From assembly GCA_963667845.2 (NCBI GenBank), contig CAXXVL010000002.1, forward strand, positions 3,392,001 to 3,456,000: a stretch of 64,000 bases of DNA. The letters run 5' to 3'. The notes under the pieces are model-generated. The model searched no databases. It saw only the letters and a list, made by a program, of their open reading frames with translations, and was not told where the DNA came from. The position numbers and the translations under genes were made by a program. Each line of letters opens with the position of its first letter. Position 1 is the stretch's first letter. The DNA is from Smithellaceae bacterium. GTDB taxonomy: Bacteria; Desulfobacterota; Syntrophia; Syntrophales; Smithellaceae. Positions 40,954 through 50,780 of the stretch are shown in pieces.

Positions 40954-41874
40954 TCAAATGAAGGCCAGTATGTAGCAAAGCGACGTTCCGATATTGACGG
41001 CGATATTCAGGCCGCATAACACCTCCAGACGCTTCGCATCTTCGTGACGGTTTTTGAATATCTGGTATGCGATAAATAATGCAACGGCCGTAAAAGGCAG
41101 ATAAAAATAAATGACCCGGAAAGGAACTCCGAACGAGGGCGATATCAGCATCGTCAGGCAGGTGAGCAGATTGAAAACGATATAGACGGTTTTGCCTTTT
41201 TGTTTGCCGATCCTGTAGAGCAGATTCTTCTTCCCCGCGGCGACATCCGCTTCATAGTCGGGAAATTCGTTAAGAAGGATCACGTTGAAAATGGAGAAGC
41301 CGATGGGCAGCCACAACCAGTGGATGATCGGCGCGATGGACGCGGTTTGAATGTAATAGGCCGAGGCGACGGGCAGCCAGCCGAAGCAAAAACCGATCAA
41401 TATTTCGCCCAAACCCCGCTTCACCAGCCGGATGGGCTCGGTGGAGTAGAAGAAGCCCGGCAGCGCTCCCAGACAGCCCAGAACGAGCGTATAGGGACCC
41501 GTCTGATAACCAAACTGCAGAACGATTCCGATCACCAAAGCAATAGCGAAGGCAATGATACTGGTCCAGAGGGCAACCCCGGCCGGCATCTTGCCTTCAG
41601 GAATCATCCGGGTGCCGCCCGCAAAAGGGTTCTGGTGAAGCCGCGAGGAAATGGCATTCTCCCTGCGGTCAAAGAATTCCCCCGAATGATATGTTGAAAG
41701 CATGACCAGCACCACGCCGACAACGCCCAGAATAAAAACTTCCGGATGAAAGACGCCGGCCAGACGGTAAGCCAGGAAAGTCCCTAGAAGGAAAGGCATG
41801 ATGCCGACCGTGTGGAATGACGGGCGGGAGAGAGTGATCCAACCCGTGAGCGACTGCCTGAAATTACTCTGCAT
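40954..41874 (-). CDS. UbiA/MenA-family prenyltransferase
   Basis: Multi-pass membrane protein; FAGGTR, GFFYS..P...RGLGE, NEFPDYEADVAAGKKNL. Confidence 0.85.
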   Translation of the reverse strand: MQSNFRQSLTGWITLSRPSFHTVGIMPFLLGTFLAYRLAGVFHPEVFILGVVGVVLVMLSTYHSGEFFDRRENAISSRLHQNPFAGGTRMIPEGKMPAGVALWTSIIAFAIALVIGIVLQFGYQTGPYTLVLGCLGALPGFFYSTEPIRLVKRGLGEILIGFCFGWLPVASAYYIQTASIAPIIHWLWLPIGFSIFNVILLNEFPDYEADVAAGKKNLLYRIGKQKGKTVYIVFNLLTCLTMLISPSFGVPFRVIYFYLPFTAVALFIAYQIFKNRHEDAKRLEVLCGLNIAVNIGTSLCYILAFI

Positions 41875-42350
41875 AAATAACCAATCCTTTTTTCCCAAAA
41901 CCTGCCTGACGCGCTTTGCAACCCTCGACAAGACCCGTCGCCACCCGTTTATCCGAAGTGTGCGGATTAGTAGCATATGGAGGGGCACTTGTCAAAAACG
42001 ATGGATTCGGCTTGGCTTCGCCCTCCCCTCTTCTGCGTCCCTCCGCTCACGATAATGCAGCCGGGGCAGCGCTCCAGTTGCTCCGCCAGAGTGCTCCGAA
42101 AGTAGTTTTTTCTTGATTGTTAATTTTTTTTATGTTAGGCGTAGCGCCAGTTTGAAGCTTGGATACGCTTCGTCAAACGAGTAAACAAAAGTTAAATCAT
42201 TCTTGCCGGACGGCAGACGCTGATTCTGAAAATCGGATGCAAAAAATTGTAAAGAAGAATCAATGGCGGTTATATAAGCAGCATAAGGCATGATCGTCGC
42301 AAGGGGAGATCATAGAATTAACTTTTAATTTTGTGAAAGGGGGATGAAGC

Positions 42351-42623
42351 ATGACGAAAGCAGAATTGATCGGAGTTATGGCGGATGAGGCGGGTATCAC
42401 CAAAGCAGCGGCGGCGTGCGCTCTGGATGCTTACGTTGCGGCCGTTACCAAGGAATTAAAGAAGGCCGGCCGGCTGGGTCTGGTGGGATTCGGTACGTTC
42501 TCCGTCGTAAAAAGAAAAGCAAGAGAGGGAAGGAATCCGCAAACCGGTAAGGCCATCAAGATTCCTGCCAAAAAAGTCGTAAAATTCAAGGCCGGCAAGA
42601 CGCTTGCCGACAAAGTGAAATAG
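42351..42623 (+). CDS. hup: DNA-binding protein HU
   Basis: MTKAELI, GFGTF, REGRNPQTG, KFKAGK. Confidence 0.96.
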   Translation: MTKAELIGVMADEAGITKAAAACALDAYVAAVTKELKKAGRLGLVGFGTFSVVKRKAREGRNPQTGKAIKIPAKKVVKFKAGKTLADKVK

Positions 42624-42720
42624 TGAATTTTTAAGTTTTGGAAACTGAGGCCTCCGGATTATTTATTTGACAATCGGAGGCCTTGGTGCATTTATCCATG
42701 GGCATTAAGGAGCTTTTGTT

Positions 42721-43713
42721 TTGACACGAAAAAGAATTCTCAGCGGGATGAGGCCTACCGGCAGGCTGCATTTGGGAAATTTACACGGCGCTTTGGGCAA
42801 CTGGGTCCGGTTGCAGAACAGCGGCGATTATGACTGTTTTTATTTCGTGGCCGACTGGCATGCCATTACCAGCGAGTATGCGTCAACGGAAAGCATTAAA
42901 GAAAACGGCATCAATATGGTGATCGACTGGCTGGCCGCCGGCCTCGATCCGTTCAAGAGCACGTTGTTTGTTCAATCGGCCGTGAAGGAACATGCTGAAT
43001 TATTCCTGCTCCTGTCCATGATTACGCCGCTCGCCTGGCTGCAGCGCAATCCGACCTACAAGGAAATGCAGGCGGAGCTGACCTCCAAAGACTTATCCAC
43101 TTTCGGCTTTTTAGGGTATCCCGTTCTGCAGGCGGCCGACATCATCATGTATAAAGCCTACGGTGTGCCGGTCGGCGTCGATCAGCTGCCGCATGTCGAG
43201 CTGACCCGCGAAATCGCGCGCCGGTTTAATTTCATCTATCAAAAAGAAGTTTTTCCCGTTCCGGAACCGCTTCTGACCAGCGTCCCGAAACTGCTGGGCG
43301 TCGACGGCCGCAAAATGAGCAAGTCCTACGAGAATTCCATCTACCTGTCCGACCGGGGCAAAGAGCTTTATCAGAAAATCGCCTCCATGTTTACCGATCC
43401 GCAGCGGATGAGGAAGAAAGATCCCGGCAATCCCGACATCTGCAATGTCTTTACGTTTCATGGATTGTACTCGCCTGCGGAAACCGTCGCCGAAATCAAT
43501 AAGGCCTGCCGCGTTGCCGGCATCGGCTGCATTGATTGCAAAAAAATGCTGGCGTCGCGGATCGAGGAGGCCCTGGCGCCCATTCATGAGCGAATGGATT
43601 ATTACGTGGACCACCTGAAAGAAATCGAGGACATCATCGCTGACGGCAATGCCCGGGCAACCGTGATCGCGCGTCAGACGATGACCGAGGTCCGGGAAGC
43701 CGTCAAAATATAA
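42721..43713 (+). CDS. trpS: Tryptophan-tRNA ligase (TTG start)
   Basis: SGMRPTGRLHLGN, YPVLQAADI, VPVGVDQ, KMSKS. Confidence 0.97.
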   Translation: MTRKRILSGMRPTGRLHLGNLHGALGNWVRLQNSGDYDCFYFVADWHAITSEYASTESIKENGINMVIDWLAAGLDPFKSTLFVQSAVKEHAELFLLLSMITPLAWLQRNPTYKEMQAELTSKDLSTFGFLGYPVLQAADIIMYKAYGVPVGVDQLPHVELTREIARRFNFIYQKEVFPVPEPLLTSVPKLLGVDGRKMSKSYENSIYLSDRGKELYQKIASMFTDPQRMRKKDPGNPDICNVFTFHGLYSPAETVAEINKACRVAGIGCIDCKKMLASRIEEALAPIHERMDYYVDHLKEIEDIIADGNARATVIARQTMTEVREAVKI

Positions 43714-43721
43714 AGTGATCT

Positions 43722-44468
43722 ATGGATGAAGCCCAAACGACAGATTATGCGATTAAACTGGATATTTTTGAAGGTCCGCTGGATCTGCTGTTGTATCTCA
43801 TCAAAAAAAATGAAATCGACATTTACAACATTCCTGTCGCTCTGATCACGCAGCAATATCTCGACTATCTCAATATCATCAAGTCGCTGAATCTGGACCT
43901 GGCGGGCGAGTACCTCGTCATGGCGTCGACCCTGATTCATATCAAGTCCCGCCTGCTCTTGCCCGTTCCGGAGGAGCCGACGCCCGAAGAGCTGGAAGAC
44001 GATCCCCGCGCTGAGCTGGTCCGCCAGCTCCTGGAATACCAGACCTTTAAGGAAGCGGCCGCGGAATTGGCGCACCGGCCGCTTTTGGAGCGTGATGTAT
44101 TTAAGCGCACGTCAACGCTCGCCGAAGAAACGAAAACCCCCGACGCCGATGACGATGAACTGGTCGAGGTCAGCATTTTTGAATTGATCGAAGCCTTTCA
44201 CCATCTGGTTTCCCGTCTGGATAAAAAAGAACTTCTGGAAATTGACCTGGAAAAGCTGTCGTTGACGGATATGATCAACGACGTTATGGAGCGCCTGACG
44301 CGCGAAAAGAATCTCACTTTTGAAGAACTACTGGGAGAAAGAAAAGACCGACGCCGCATTGTTTACACCCTTCTGGCCCTGCTGGAACTTATTAAGCTGA
44401 AAATGGTCAAAGCGTATCAGACGGCGGCGTTCGGCGTTATTCGCATCTTCCCGGCCGTGGAGTCTTAA
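43722..44468 (+). CDS. scpA: Segregation and condensation protein A
   Basis: FEGPLDLLLYLI, EYLVMAS, IKSRLLLP, DPRAELVRQLLEY, ALLEL. Confidence 0.96.
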   Translation: MDEAQTTDYAIKLDIFEGPLDLLLYLIKKNEIDIYNIPVALITQQYLDYLNIIKSLNLDLAGEYLVMASTLIHIKSRLLLPVPEEPTPEELEDDPRAELVRQLLEYQTFKEAAAELAHRPLLERDVFKRTSTLAEETKTPDADDDELVEVSIFELIEAFHHLVSRLDKKELLEIDLEKLSLTDMINDVMERLTREKNLTFEELLGERKDRRRIVYTLLALLELIKLKMVKAYQTAAFGVIRIFPAVES

Positions 44469-45404
44469 ATGGAAAATATTTCAGCTATTCTGGAAGCATT
44501 GATCTTTTCGTCGGAGTCGCCGATCACCTTTGAAAAAGTCTGCGCTGTCTTGGACGGCGTGGATAAAACAGAGGTCAAAGAGGCGCTGGCTAAATTAATT
44601 GCCGGATATGACGAGCGCCAAAACGGAATCTGCGTTCAGGAAGTCGCCGGTGGATTTCAGTATCGCACCCGGTCGGAAATGTCTGCCTGGGTGAAAAAAC
44701 TCAAAGGCACCAAGCCGGCCTCCCTGTCGCCGGCGGCGCTCGAAACTCTGGCCATTGTCGCCTACCGGCAGCCGATCGTGAAGTCGGAAATTGAAAGCAT
44801 CCGCGGCGTCGACGTCGGTGCTCCGCTGAAAGGTCTTCTGGATAAAAAACTGATCCGCATCGTGGGACGCAAGGACGTGCCGGGCAAACCGATTATTTAC
44901 GGCACCACCAAGAAGTTTCTGGAAGTCTTCAACCTCAAAGAGCTGGCCGACTTGCCCACCATGAGAGAGCTCAAGGAGCTCACCGAAAACCAGGAAATCT
45001 TCGAGCAGGAATCTGCTGCCGCAGACACCGCTGACCAGGAGAAAGCGGAGCGAGAGTCTTTCACTCAGGAAATCTTCGAGCAGGAGTCCGCCGCCGCCGA
45101 AACCGCAACGCAGGAGACGCCGGAGCGTGAGTCTTCCCCTCAGGAGATCACTGAGCAGGAGTCCGCCGCCGCCGAAACCGCAACGCAGGAGACGCCGGAG
45201 CGTGAGTCCTCCCCTCAGGAAACCGCTGAGCAGGAGTCCGCCGCCGCTGACACCAACACGCAGGAGACATTGGAGCAAGAGTCTTCCCCTCAGGAAACCA
45301 CTGAGCAGGACTCCGCCGCCGACAATACCGCAGGACAGGAAACACCTGAGCATGGATCTTCCCCTCAGGAAATATCAGAGGATAAGGATAAACTCGATTC
45401 ATGA
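44469..45404 (+). CDS. scpB: Segregation and condensation protein B with acidic repeat tail
   Basis: EALIF, LSPAALETLAIVAYRQP, IRGVD, YGTTKKFL..F.L..L.DLP. Confidence 0.95.
   Translation: MENISAILEALIFSSESPITFEKVCAVLDGVDKTEVKEALAKLIAGYDERQNGICVQEVAGGFQYRTRSEMSAWVKKLKGTKPASLSPAALETLAIVAYRQPIVKSEIESIRGVDVGAPLKGLLDKKLIRIVGRKDVPGKPIIYGTTKKFLEVFNLKELADLPTMRELKELTENQEIFEQESAAADTADQEKAERESFTQEIFEQESAAAETATQETPERESSPQEITEQESAAAETATQETPERESSPQETAEQESAAADTNTQETLEQESSPQETTEQDSAADNTAGQETPEHGSSPQEISEDKDKLDS
44991..45380 (+). repeat. In-frame tandem repeat, 5 x 75 bp plus a partial unit, in scpB
   Basis: Units start CAGGA at 44991, 45066, 45141, 45216, 45291, 45366 (QE.. EQESAAA.T..QET.E.ESSP). Confidence 0.95.
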
Positions 45405-46132
45405 AAGAACGTCTGCAAAAAATCATCGCGTCGGCGGGAATTGATTCGCGCCGCCACGCCGAAGTGCTGATCACGTCCGGAAGGGTCAGCGTGAACGGTG
45501 AGGTCGTACGGGAACTGGGCGTTAAGGCCGACCCTCAAAAAGACGTCATCCGCGTTGACGGCAATACGATTTCCGTTGAGAAAGATTCCTACTACATAGC
45601 GCTCTATAAACCGGCCGAATACGTTACGACCATGTCCGATCCGCAGAAAAGGCCGACGGTTGTAGATCTGGTGAGGGACATTCCGGAAAGAGTCTATCCT
45701 GTCGGCAGGCTCGATTATGAGTCGGCGGGACTTTTACTTTTGACCAATGACGGGGCATTTGCCCAGAAGATCCAGCACCCCCGTTTTCAGGTGCCGAAAA
45801 CCTACCGGGTAAAGATTTCAGGGCGCTTAAGTGCCCAAGAATTAAAGCAAATCGGCAAAGGCATTTCTCTGCCGGACGGTCTGTTCAAGCCGGACAATTT
45901 AAAGGTTGAAAAGATCAATGATAAAAGCACATGGCTCAGCCTGACACTGCACGAAGGCAAAAACAGAATCATTCGCCGCGGTTTTGAGGCAGCCGGCCGC
46001 CAGGTGACCCGATTGGTTCGTGAATCCATCGGCAATATTACGCTGGCGGGTCTGAAAGAAGGCGAATGGAGAAATCTGACCGGCCGGGAAATACATCAGC
46101 TGCTTGAGAATTCAAACAGTCAAAAAAGGTAA
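45401..46132 (+). CDS. rluB: rRNA pseudouridine synthase (RluB/RsuA family)
   Basis: S4 domain ERLQK..A.AG..SRR, YPVGRLDY, GLLLLTNDG, EGKNR; follows scpAB. Confidence 0.9.
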   Translation: MKERLQKIIASAGIDSRRHAEVLITSGRVSVNGEVVRELGVKADPQKDVIRVDGNTISVEKDSYYIALYKPAEYVTTMSDPQKRPTVVDLVRDIPERVYPVGRLDYESAGLLLLTNDGAFAQKIQHPRFQVPKTYRVKISGRLSAQELKQIGKGISLPDGLFKPDNLKVEKINDKSTWLSLTLHEGKNRIIRRGFEAAGRQVTRLVRESIGNITLAGLKEGEWRNLTGREIHQLLENSNSQKR

Positions 46133-46240
46133 AAATATTCTTGACAATCGTCTAAAAATAAATAATAGTCGCCAACGTGCAAGATGACTTGTGTCATTAT
46201 ATCAGGCGATTCAAGCTGTAAATAGTCATAAGGAGGCTCT

Positions 46241-46522
46241 ATGAACAAATCCGGTCTTATTGAAGCTTTGAGCAAGAAGCTTAATTTAACGGAAAAAAAA
46301 GCAATCGATGTCGTTAATCTTGTTTTTAAAGGCTTTACCGATGAGCTGAAAAATGGCGGTCGCATCGAAATTCGCGGATTCGGCAGCTTTGTTGTTAAAG
46401 AATACGGTTCCTATACGGGGCGGAACCCCAAGACCGGCACCAAAATCAAAGTTGAGCCCAAGAAACTGCCCTTCTTTAAAGTAGGCAAAGAACTTAAAGA
46501 CAGAGTCGATAAGAAAAAATAA
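46241..46522 (+). CDS. ihfB: Integration host factor subunit beta
   Basis: RIEIRGFGSF, GRNPKTG, PFFKVGKELKDRVD. Confidence 0.9.
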   Translation: MNKSGLIEALSKKLNLTEKKAIDVVNLVFKGFTDELKNGGRIEIRGFGSFVVKEYGSYTGRNPKTGTKIKVEPKKLPFFKVGKELKDRVDKKK

Positions 46523-46546
46523 TAATCCTGCAAGTGTTGTCATAAT

Positions 46547-46582
46547 AAAGAAGGGGACTTGGTATCAAGTCCCCTTCTTTTT
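46547..46582. terminator. Bidirectional terminator between ihfB and sodB
   Basis: AAAGAAGGGGACTTG-gtat-CAAGTCCCCTTCTTT, 15-bp perfect stem. Confidence 0.85.
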
Positions 46583-46641
46583 ATTTATAGCTCTGATCAA
46601 GTGCTTTTTGACCCTTAAACCCGGGCGTGACCCGCTCCGGA

Positions 46642-47235
46642 TCACCCTAAATTGGCATTCACAAAATCCCAGTTAATGAGTTTTCCGATAACAGCGGCCA
46701 GGTAATCCGGCCGTCGATTCTGATAGTCAAGATAGTAAGCATGCTCCCAGACATCGATGGTCAGCAGAGCCTTCTGCCCGTGGGCAAGCGGGTTATCGGC
46801 ATTCGGCGTCTTGGTGATCTTCACCGCATCCCCCTCCTGGATAAGCCACGCCCAACCGCTGCCAAACTGAGTCGTTCCGGCATTCTTCAATTCTTCAACG
46901 AATTTTTCGTAGCTGCCGAAGGCGGCATTAATTTTCGCAGCAATGGCCCCCGTGGGTGCCCCTCCGCCCTGCGGTTTGAGGCATTTCCAGTAAAAGGAGT
47001 GATTCCACACCTGAGCGGCATTGTTGAAAACGCCTGCTTTGGCGGGATCTTTGGCAGCAATTTTAATGATCTCTTCGAGCGCCTTGCTCTCCAGATCCGT
47101 CCCCGCAATCAGTTTATTGAGGTTATCGACATAGGCCTTGTGGTGTTTCCCGTGATGAAACTCCAGGGTATTCGCGCTAATGGTTGGGGCCAGCGCATCT
47201 TTCGCGTAAGGAAGTTCGGGTAAGATTATCGCCAT
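46642..47235 (-). CDS. sodB: Fe superoxide dismutase
   Basis: HHGKHH, FNNAAQVWNH, FGSGWAWL, DVWEHAYY. Confidence 0.95.
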   Translation of the reverse strand: MAIILPELPYAKDALAPTISANTLEFHHGKHHKAYVDNLNKLIAGTDLESKALEEIIKIAAKDPAKAGVFNNAAQVWNHSFYWKCLKPQGGGAPTGAIAAKINAAFGSYEKFVEELKNAGTTQFGSGWAWLIQEGDAVKITKTPNADNPLAHGQKALLTIDVWEHAYYLDYQNRRPDYLAAVIGKLINWDFVNANLG

Positions 47236-47269
47236 ACTATTTATCTCCTTTCCGTATTATTAGATAACT

Positions 47270-47297
47270 AGTATAGGCAGCCTCTAAGCTTTGTCAA
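47270..47297 (-). promoter_or_regulatory. Sigma70-type promoter of sodB
   Basis: Minus strand TTGACA-N16-TATACT. Confidence 0.55.
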
Positions 47298-47308
47298 ATT
47301 TTAGTTCG

Positions 47309-48244
47309 CTATGTCTCTCCCGGTGCTTGCGAACCGATACCGCCAAGCACCCTGAATTTAAGCCAGATGGAATTCAGAAACATGAAAACGGAAAAAATCA
47401 AGGCGGGCACAGCAGCTTCGTTACTGAAAATATACAGTGCAATACCGCCGGCCAGACCGTAATTTTTCATGGTTCCCAGAAGCAGCAGCGACGAAAGGGT
47501 CGCAGAGGGTATTTTATAATGTCTGCCGATAAGCACCAGGGCGAGTGTAATTAAGAAAACGGTGGCAAAGGCGATAATTGAAATTAAGACAATATCCGCC
47601 GGCCACTGGCGGATCAAATGTGCGTTACGGGATGCCAGGGCGTAAAATACAATAAAAAAACAGATATCGGAAATCATTCCCTCATGCGTTTCTATCCCTC
47701 TGTCCCAGTTTCGGTCGACAATGACCCGGGAGAGAAGGAGAGGCAGCGCGATCAGCGCTATGGCCAGAACAATGAGCTTGTCGTAATGGATGGGGATAAA
47801 TTTGAGAAACGCGACTCCGATCAGGGGCGTCAGAATAAGCGCACCTAAATACGTTCCGGCAAAACCGGCCATCGTTATCATTTTATCCCCGTTTAATTTT
47901 TCTCCCAGAGGCACAATAGCCACTGCGGGGGGAACCGCCGCAATCAGAACCAGACCGATCCAGAATTTTTCATCGCGGATTAAGAAAATGCTCCCCAGAA
48001 TAATCAGGTTTCCCAAAATCAGGTAGTTCATCAGGTTGCCCCAGAGCGCTCCGGAAAGAAGGCTTCTGGGTTCCTTGAAAAATCCCCCGGGAAAACGCAG
48101 GAGGGTTACGGTGAGCATGATCGCCAGAGCCGGTAAAACCAAAAAATAAGCCCAGGAAGCGGCCTGGGGCAAAAAAAGCCCCAGAAGAATTGCGGCAATA
48201 AAAAGCAGATTGGAAGTCGTCGCAAAAATTCTGATTACCGACAT
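47309..48244 (-). CDS. Bile acid:sodium symporter-like membrane protein
   Basis: About 10 TM segments; AAVPPA and GTMKNYGLA motifs. Confidence 0.7.
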   Translation of the reverse strand: MSVIRIFATTSNLLFIAAILLGLFLPQAASWAYFLVLPALAIMLTVTLLRFPGGFFKEPRSLLSGALWGNLMNYLILGNLIILGSIFLIRDEKFWIGLVLIAAVPPAVAIVPLGEKLNGDKMITMAGFAGTYLGALILTPLIGVAFLKFIPIHYDKLIVLAIALIALPLLLSRVIVDRNWDRGIETHEGMISDICFFIVFYALASRNAHLIRQWPADIVLISIIAFATVFLITLALVLIGRHYKIPSATLSSLLLLGTMKNYGLAGGIALYIFSNEAAVPALIFSVFMFLNSIWLKFRVLGGIGSQAPGET

Positions 48245-48250
48245 GGCGCT

Positions 48251-49078
48251 TTACCTCCGCGGAATTGAGAGTTTTTTGAATGTGAAAATCAATAACAGGA
48301 AGCAGATATTCATGAGGACAATCATTGCCCCCGCGGGTAAATTCAATAGGAAAGCAAACACGATGCCGAAAAGAACCGCTAAGACGCCAAAGCCTACGGA
48401 GGCAATCAGCGTCTTTCGGAAACTTACGGAAAGCTGCAGCGCCGTCATGGCGGGTAAAATCAACAGGGACGAGACGAGCATGATGCCGGCAACTCTCATC
48501 GCGAGAACGGCCGCAACGGCGGTCAGCAGAAAAAGAAGGATGTTGATCCGTCCTGTCCTGATGCCCATGCTCGCGGCCAGTTCCTGATCAAAGGTTACCG
48601 CGAACAGGTCGTCATAAAAATAGACGACCACGGCGACGACGATCAGAAAAACAATGAAGGCAAGGAGCAGCTCGGTATTGTTAACGGTGAGAATGTTTCC
48701 GAAAAGATAACTGAATAAGTCGACGTTAAAACCTCCGGACAGACTGGCCAGAATGATGCCCGCGGCAATCCCCAGAGACGAAACAATGCCGATGGCGGCA
48801 TCGGAATTGATCTTCCTCGATGAGGTTAATTTATAAATCGCGAGGGAGGAAATGATGACCAGCGGCAGCGCCGCCAGAGTGATATAAAAGGGGCTGACGC
48901 CGATCAGAAGGACGACGGCAACACTGCCGAACGTCGTATGAGCCAATCCGTCGCCGATGAGGGAGAAACGCCGCAGAACGAGAAACATGCCTAAAAGCGA
49001 CGATACGGACGCAATCAGAACACCGGCAATCAGCGCCCGTTGAACAAAGCCATAATTGAAGATATCGAGCATCTCCAT
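48251..49078 (-). CDS. znuB: Zn/Mn ABC transporter permease
   Basis: VLRRFSLIGDGLAH, SYLFGNIL, GIMLVSSLLILPA. Confidence 0.9.
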   Translation of the reverse strand: MEMLDIFNYGFVQRALIAGVLIASVSSLLGMFLVLRRFSLIGDGLAHTTFGSVAVVLLIGVSPFYITLAALPLVIISSLAIYKLTSSRKINSDAAIGIVSSLGIAAGIILASLSGGFNVDLFSYLFGNILTVNNTELLLAFIVFLIVVAVVVYFYDDLFAVTFDQELAASMGIRTGRINILLFLLTAVAAVLAMRVAGIMLVSSLLILPAMTALQLSVSFRKTLIASVGFGVLAVLFGIVFAFLLNLPAGAMIVLMNICFLLLIFTFKKLSIPRR

Positions 49079-49815
49079 CAGATCTTGCTCCCTGTTTGAT
49101 CATGCTGATGACAGATCATGTGCTGGCTCGCCGTGCCGAAAAATCCGGTCATGTCCGGGGATGAACAAAAGTCGCCGAAAGATCCGAGGAAGATGATCTT
49201 CTTGTCCAGGTAGAGAAGATTCCGGGCGTACTGACCGATGACCCCGATATCATGGGTCACCAGAATAATCGTTGTTCCGTCCGCCCGGCTCATCGCCCGG
49301 GTTAAGGAATAAAATATCTCACGGGTTTCAGGATCAAGCGCCGTCGTGGGTTCGTCGAAGATAAGCAGTTCGGGCCGTCTCAAGAGCGCCCGGGCCAGCA
49401 TGGCCCGCTGCTGCTCGCCATAGGACAGTTCGCCGATCAGACGCGAGGCCAGGTGACCGATCGCCATCTTTTCCAATGTGTGCGCGAGCATTGCCGGATC
49501 TTTTTTAGGCAAACCCATTTGGACGATTTCCTCAACCGTGCCCGGAAAATGAGCGTTTAATGCACTGAGCCGCTGCGGCAGATAACCGATTTTCCCCCAT
49601 TCACGAAAACTCTGAAGCGGCTTGCCGAACAATTCCACGTGTCCCTTTTCCGGCTTTACGATACCCAGAATGTTTTTGACGAGCGTACTCTTCCCCGAGC
49701 CGTTCGGGCCGACAATGCCGAGATAGTCTCCCGCGTTCACCGCGAACGTGATGTCGCTTAGCACATCCATACCGTCGTACCTGAACGTCAAATTATCTAC
49801 GCGGACTACCGGCAT
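49078..49815 (-). CDS. znuC: Zn/Mn ABC transporter ATPase
   Basis: GPNGSGKST, LSYGEQQR, FDEPT, VTHD, C-terminal CHQH. Confidence 0.9.
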   Translation of the reverse strand: MPVVRVDNLTFRYDGMDVLSDITFAVNAGDYLGIVGPNGSGKSTLVKNILGIVKPEKGHVELFGKPLQSFREWGKIGYLPQRLSALNAHFPGTVEEIVQMGLPKKDPAMLAHTLEKMAIGHLASRLIGELSYGEQQRAMLARALLRRPELLIFDEPTTALDPETREIFYSLTRAMSRADGTTIILVTHDIGVIGQYARNLLYLDKKIIFLGSFGDFCSSPDMTGFFGTASQHMICHQHDQTGSKI

Positions 49816-50780
49816 TGCATCCCCTTTTTAAGGTTGACAAGATTTCTTTCCATGAGAGCAATAAATGACACGCCGCTTTGCCAATCGTTTTTGCTGATAT
49901 CATGCCCGTTATTAAGTTTGAGAAGCCCCGCTCCGGTTTCTTCGGCAATAGTCCTGGCAAGCCTCGGCGCCGCCAGGTCTTCATAATAGATGTACGAGAG
50001 CTTTTGTTTTTTGACCTCACCCATCATGGTCAAGATCTGCTGCGGCGAAGGCTCGGCATCCGCCGACATATTGTACGCCGCCATGTATTCCAGATGATAT
50101 CGTTTCGCCAGATACGCAAAAGCCCAATGGCCGCCATGAAGAACAGTTCGCGTTTTGCAGTTTGACAATTGTTCCCGATATTCTTTATCGAGATCCATCA
50201 GCTTGACTTTATAGGATTGAGCATTTCGCTTATAAGTCTCGCCGTTTTGCGGATCCTTGTTGATGAAGGCCGCCGCGATGGTATCGATCATCTTCTGCGC
50301 GTTGTCAAAATCAAGCCAGATATGGGGATCAAACTTAGCCGCCTGCACATTGCCCTTTTCCGGATGAGGAGACGGGTGATCTGCATGATGCTCATGTTCC
50401 TCGGACAGGGGGATTAAGAAAGTGCCCTGCCCCGCCTCAACGGCCAGCATATTCGTCTTTTCGGCAGCCGCACCGATAATCTTATAGGCCCAAGGCTCCA
50501 TTTCAAAACTGGTAAACAGGAAAATATCCGTTTTGCTGACCCGGACGATATCATCGGGTCTCAATTCATAGTGATGAGCATCCGCCGCGGGCGGTAAAAG
50601 CATTTTGACCGACACTTTATCGCCACCGACATTGCGGGCAAAATCATACAGCGGGAATATGGTGGCCGTCACCTGCAGGCGGGTGTTGATTCCTCGCGGC
50701 TCCTGATTGGGCTTACAGGACAGCAGCAGGAAAAGACCGACGATCAGCACGAGAAAAAGCTTTTTGGCGGACAGGGTCAT
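49806..50780 (-). CDS. znuA: Zn ABC transporter substrate-binding lipoprotein
   Basis: Lipobox LLSC; DAHHYE, His-rich loop EEHEHHADH, DPHIWLD, HWAFAY. Confidence 0.9.
   Translation of the reverse strand: MTLSAKKLFLVLIVGLFLLLSCKPNQEPRGINTRLQVTATIFPLYDFARNVGGDKVSVKMLLPPAADAHHYELRPDDIVRVSKTDIFLFTSFEMEPWAYKIIGAAAEKTNMLAVEAGQGTFLIPLSEEHEHHADHPSPHPEKGNVQAAKFDPHIWLDFDNAQKMIDTIAAAFINKDPQNGETYKRNAQSYKVKLMDLDKEYREQLSNCKTRTVLHGGHWAFAYLAKRYHLEYMAAYNMSADAEPSPQQILTMMGEVKKQKLSYIYYEDLAAPRLARTIAEETGAGLLKLNNGHDISKNDWQSGVSFIALMERNLVNLKKGMQCR

Noticed and set aside
42010..42100. Cluster of about six GGA motifs on the minus strand (CsrB/RsmZ-like?)
   Set aside because: Motifs are not clearly in hairpin loops and there is no terminator; compatible with chance
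44991..45380. Regular repeats as a possible CRISPR array
   Set aside because: In-frame coding tandem repeat with no unique spacers and no cas genes
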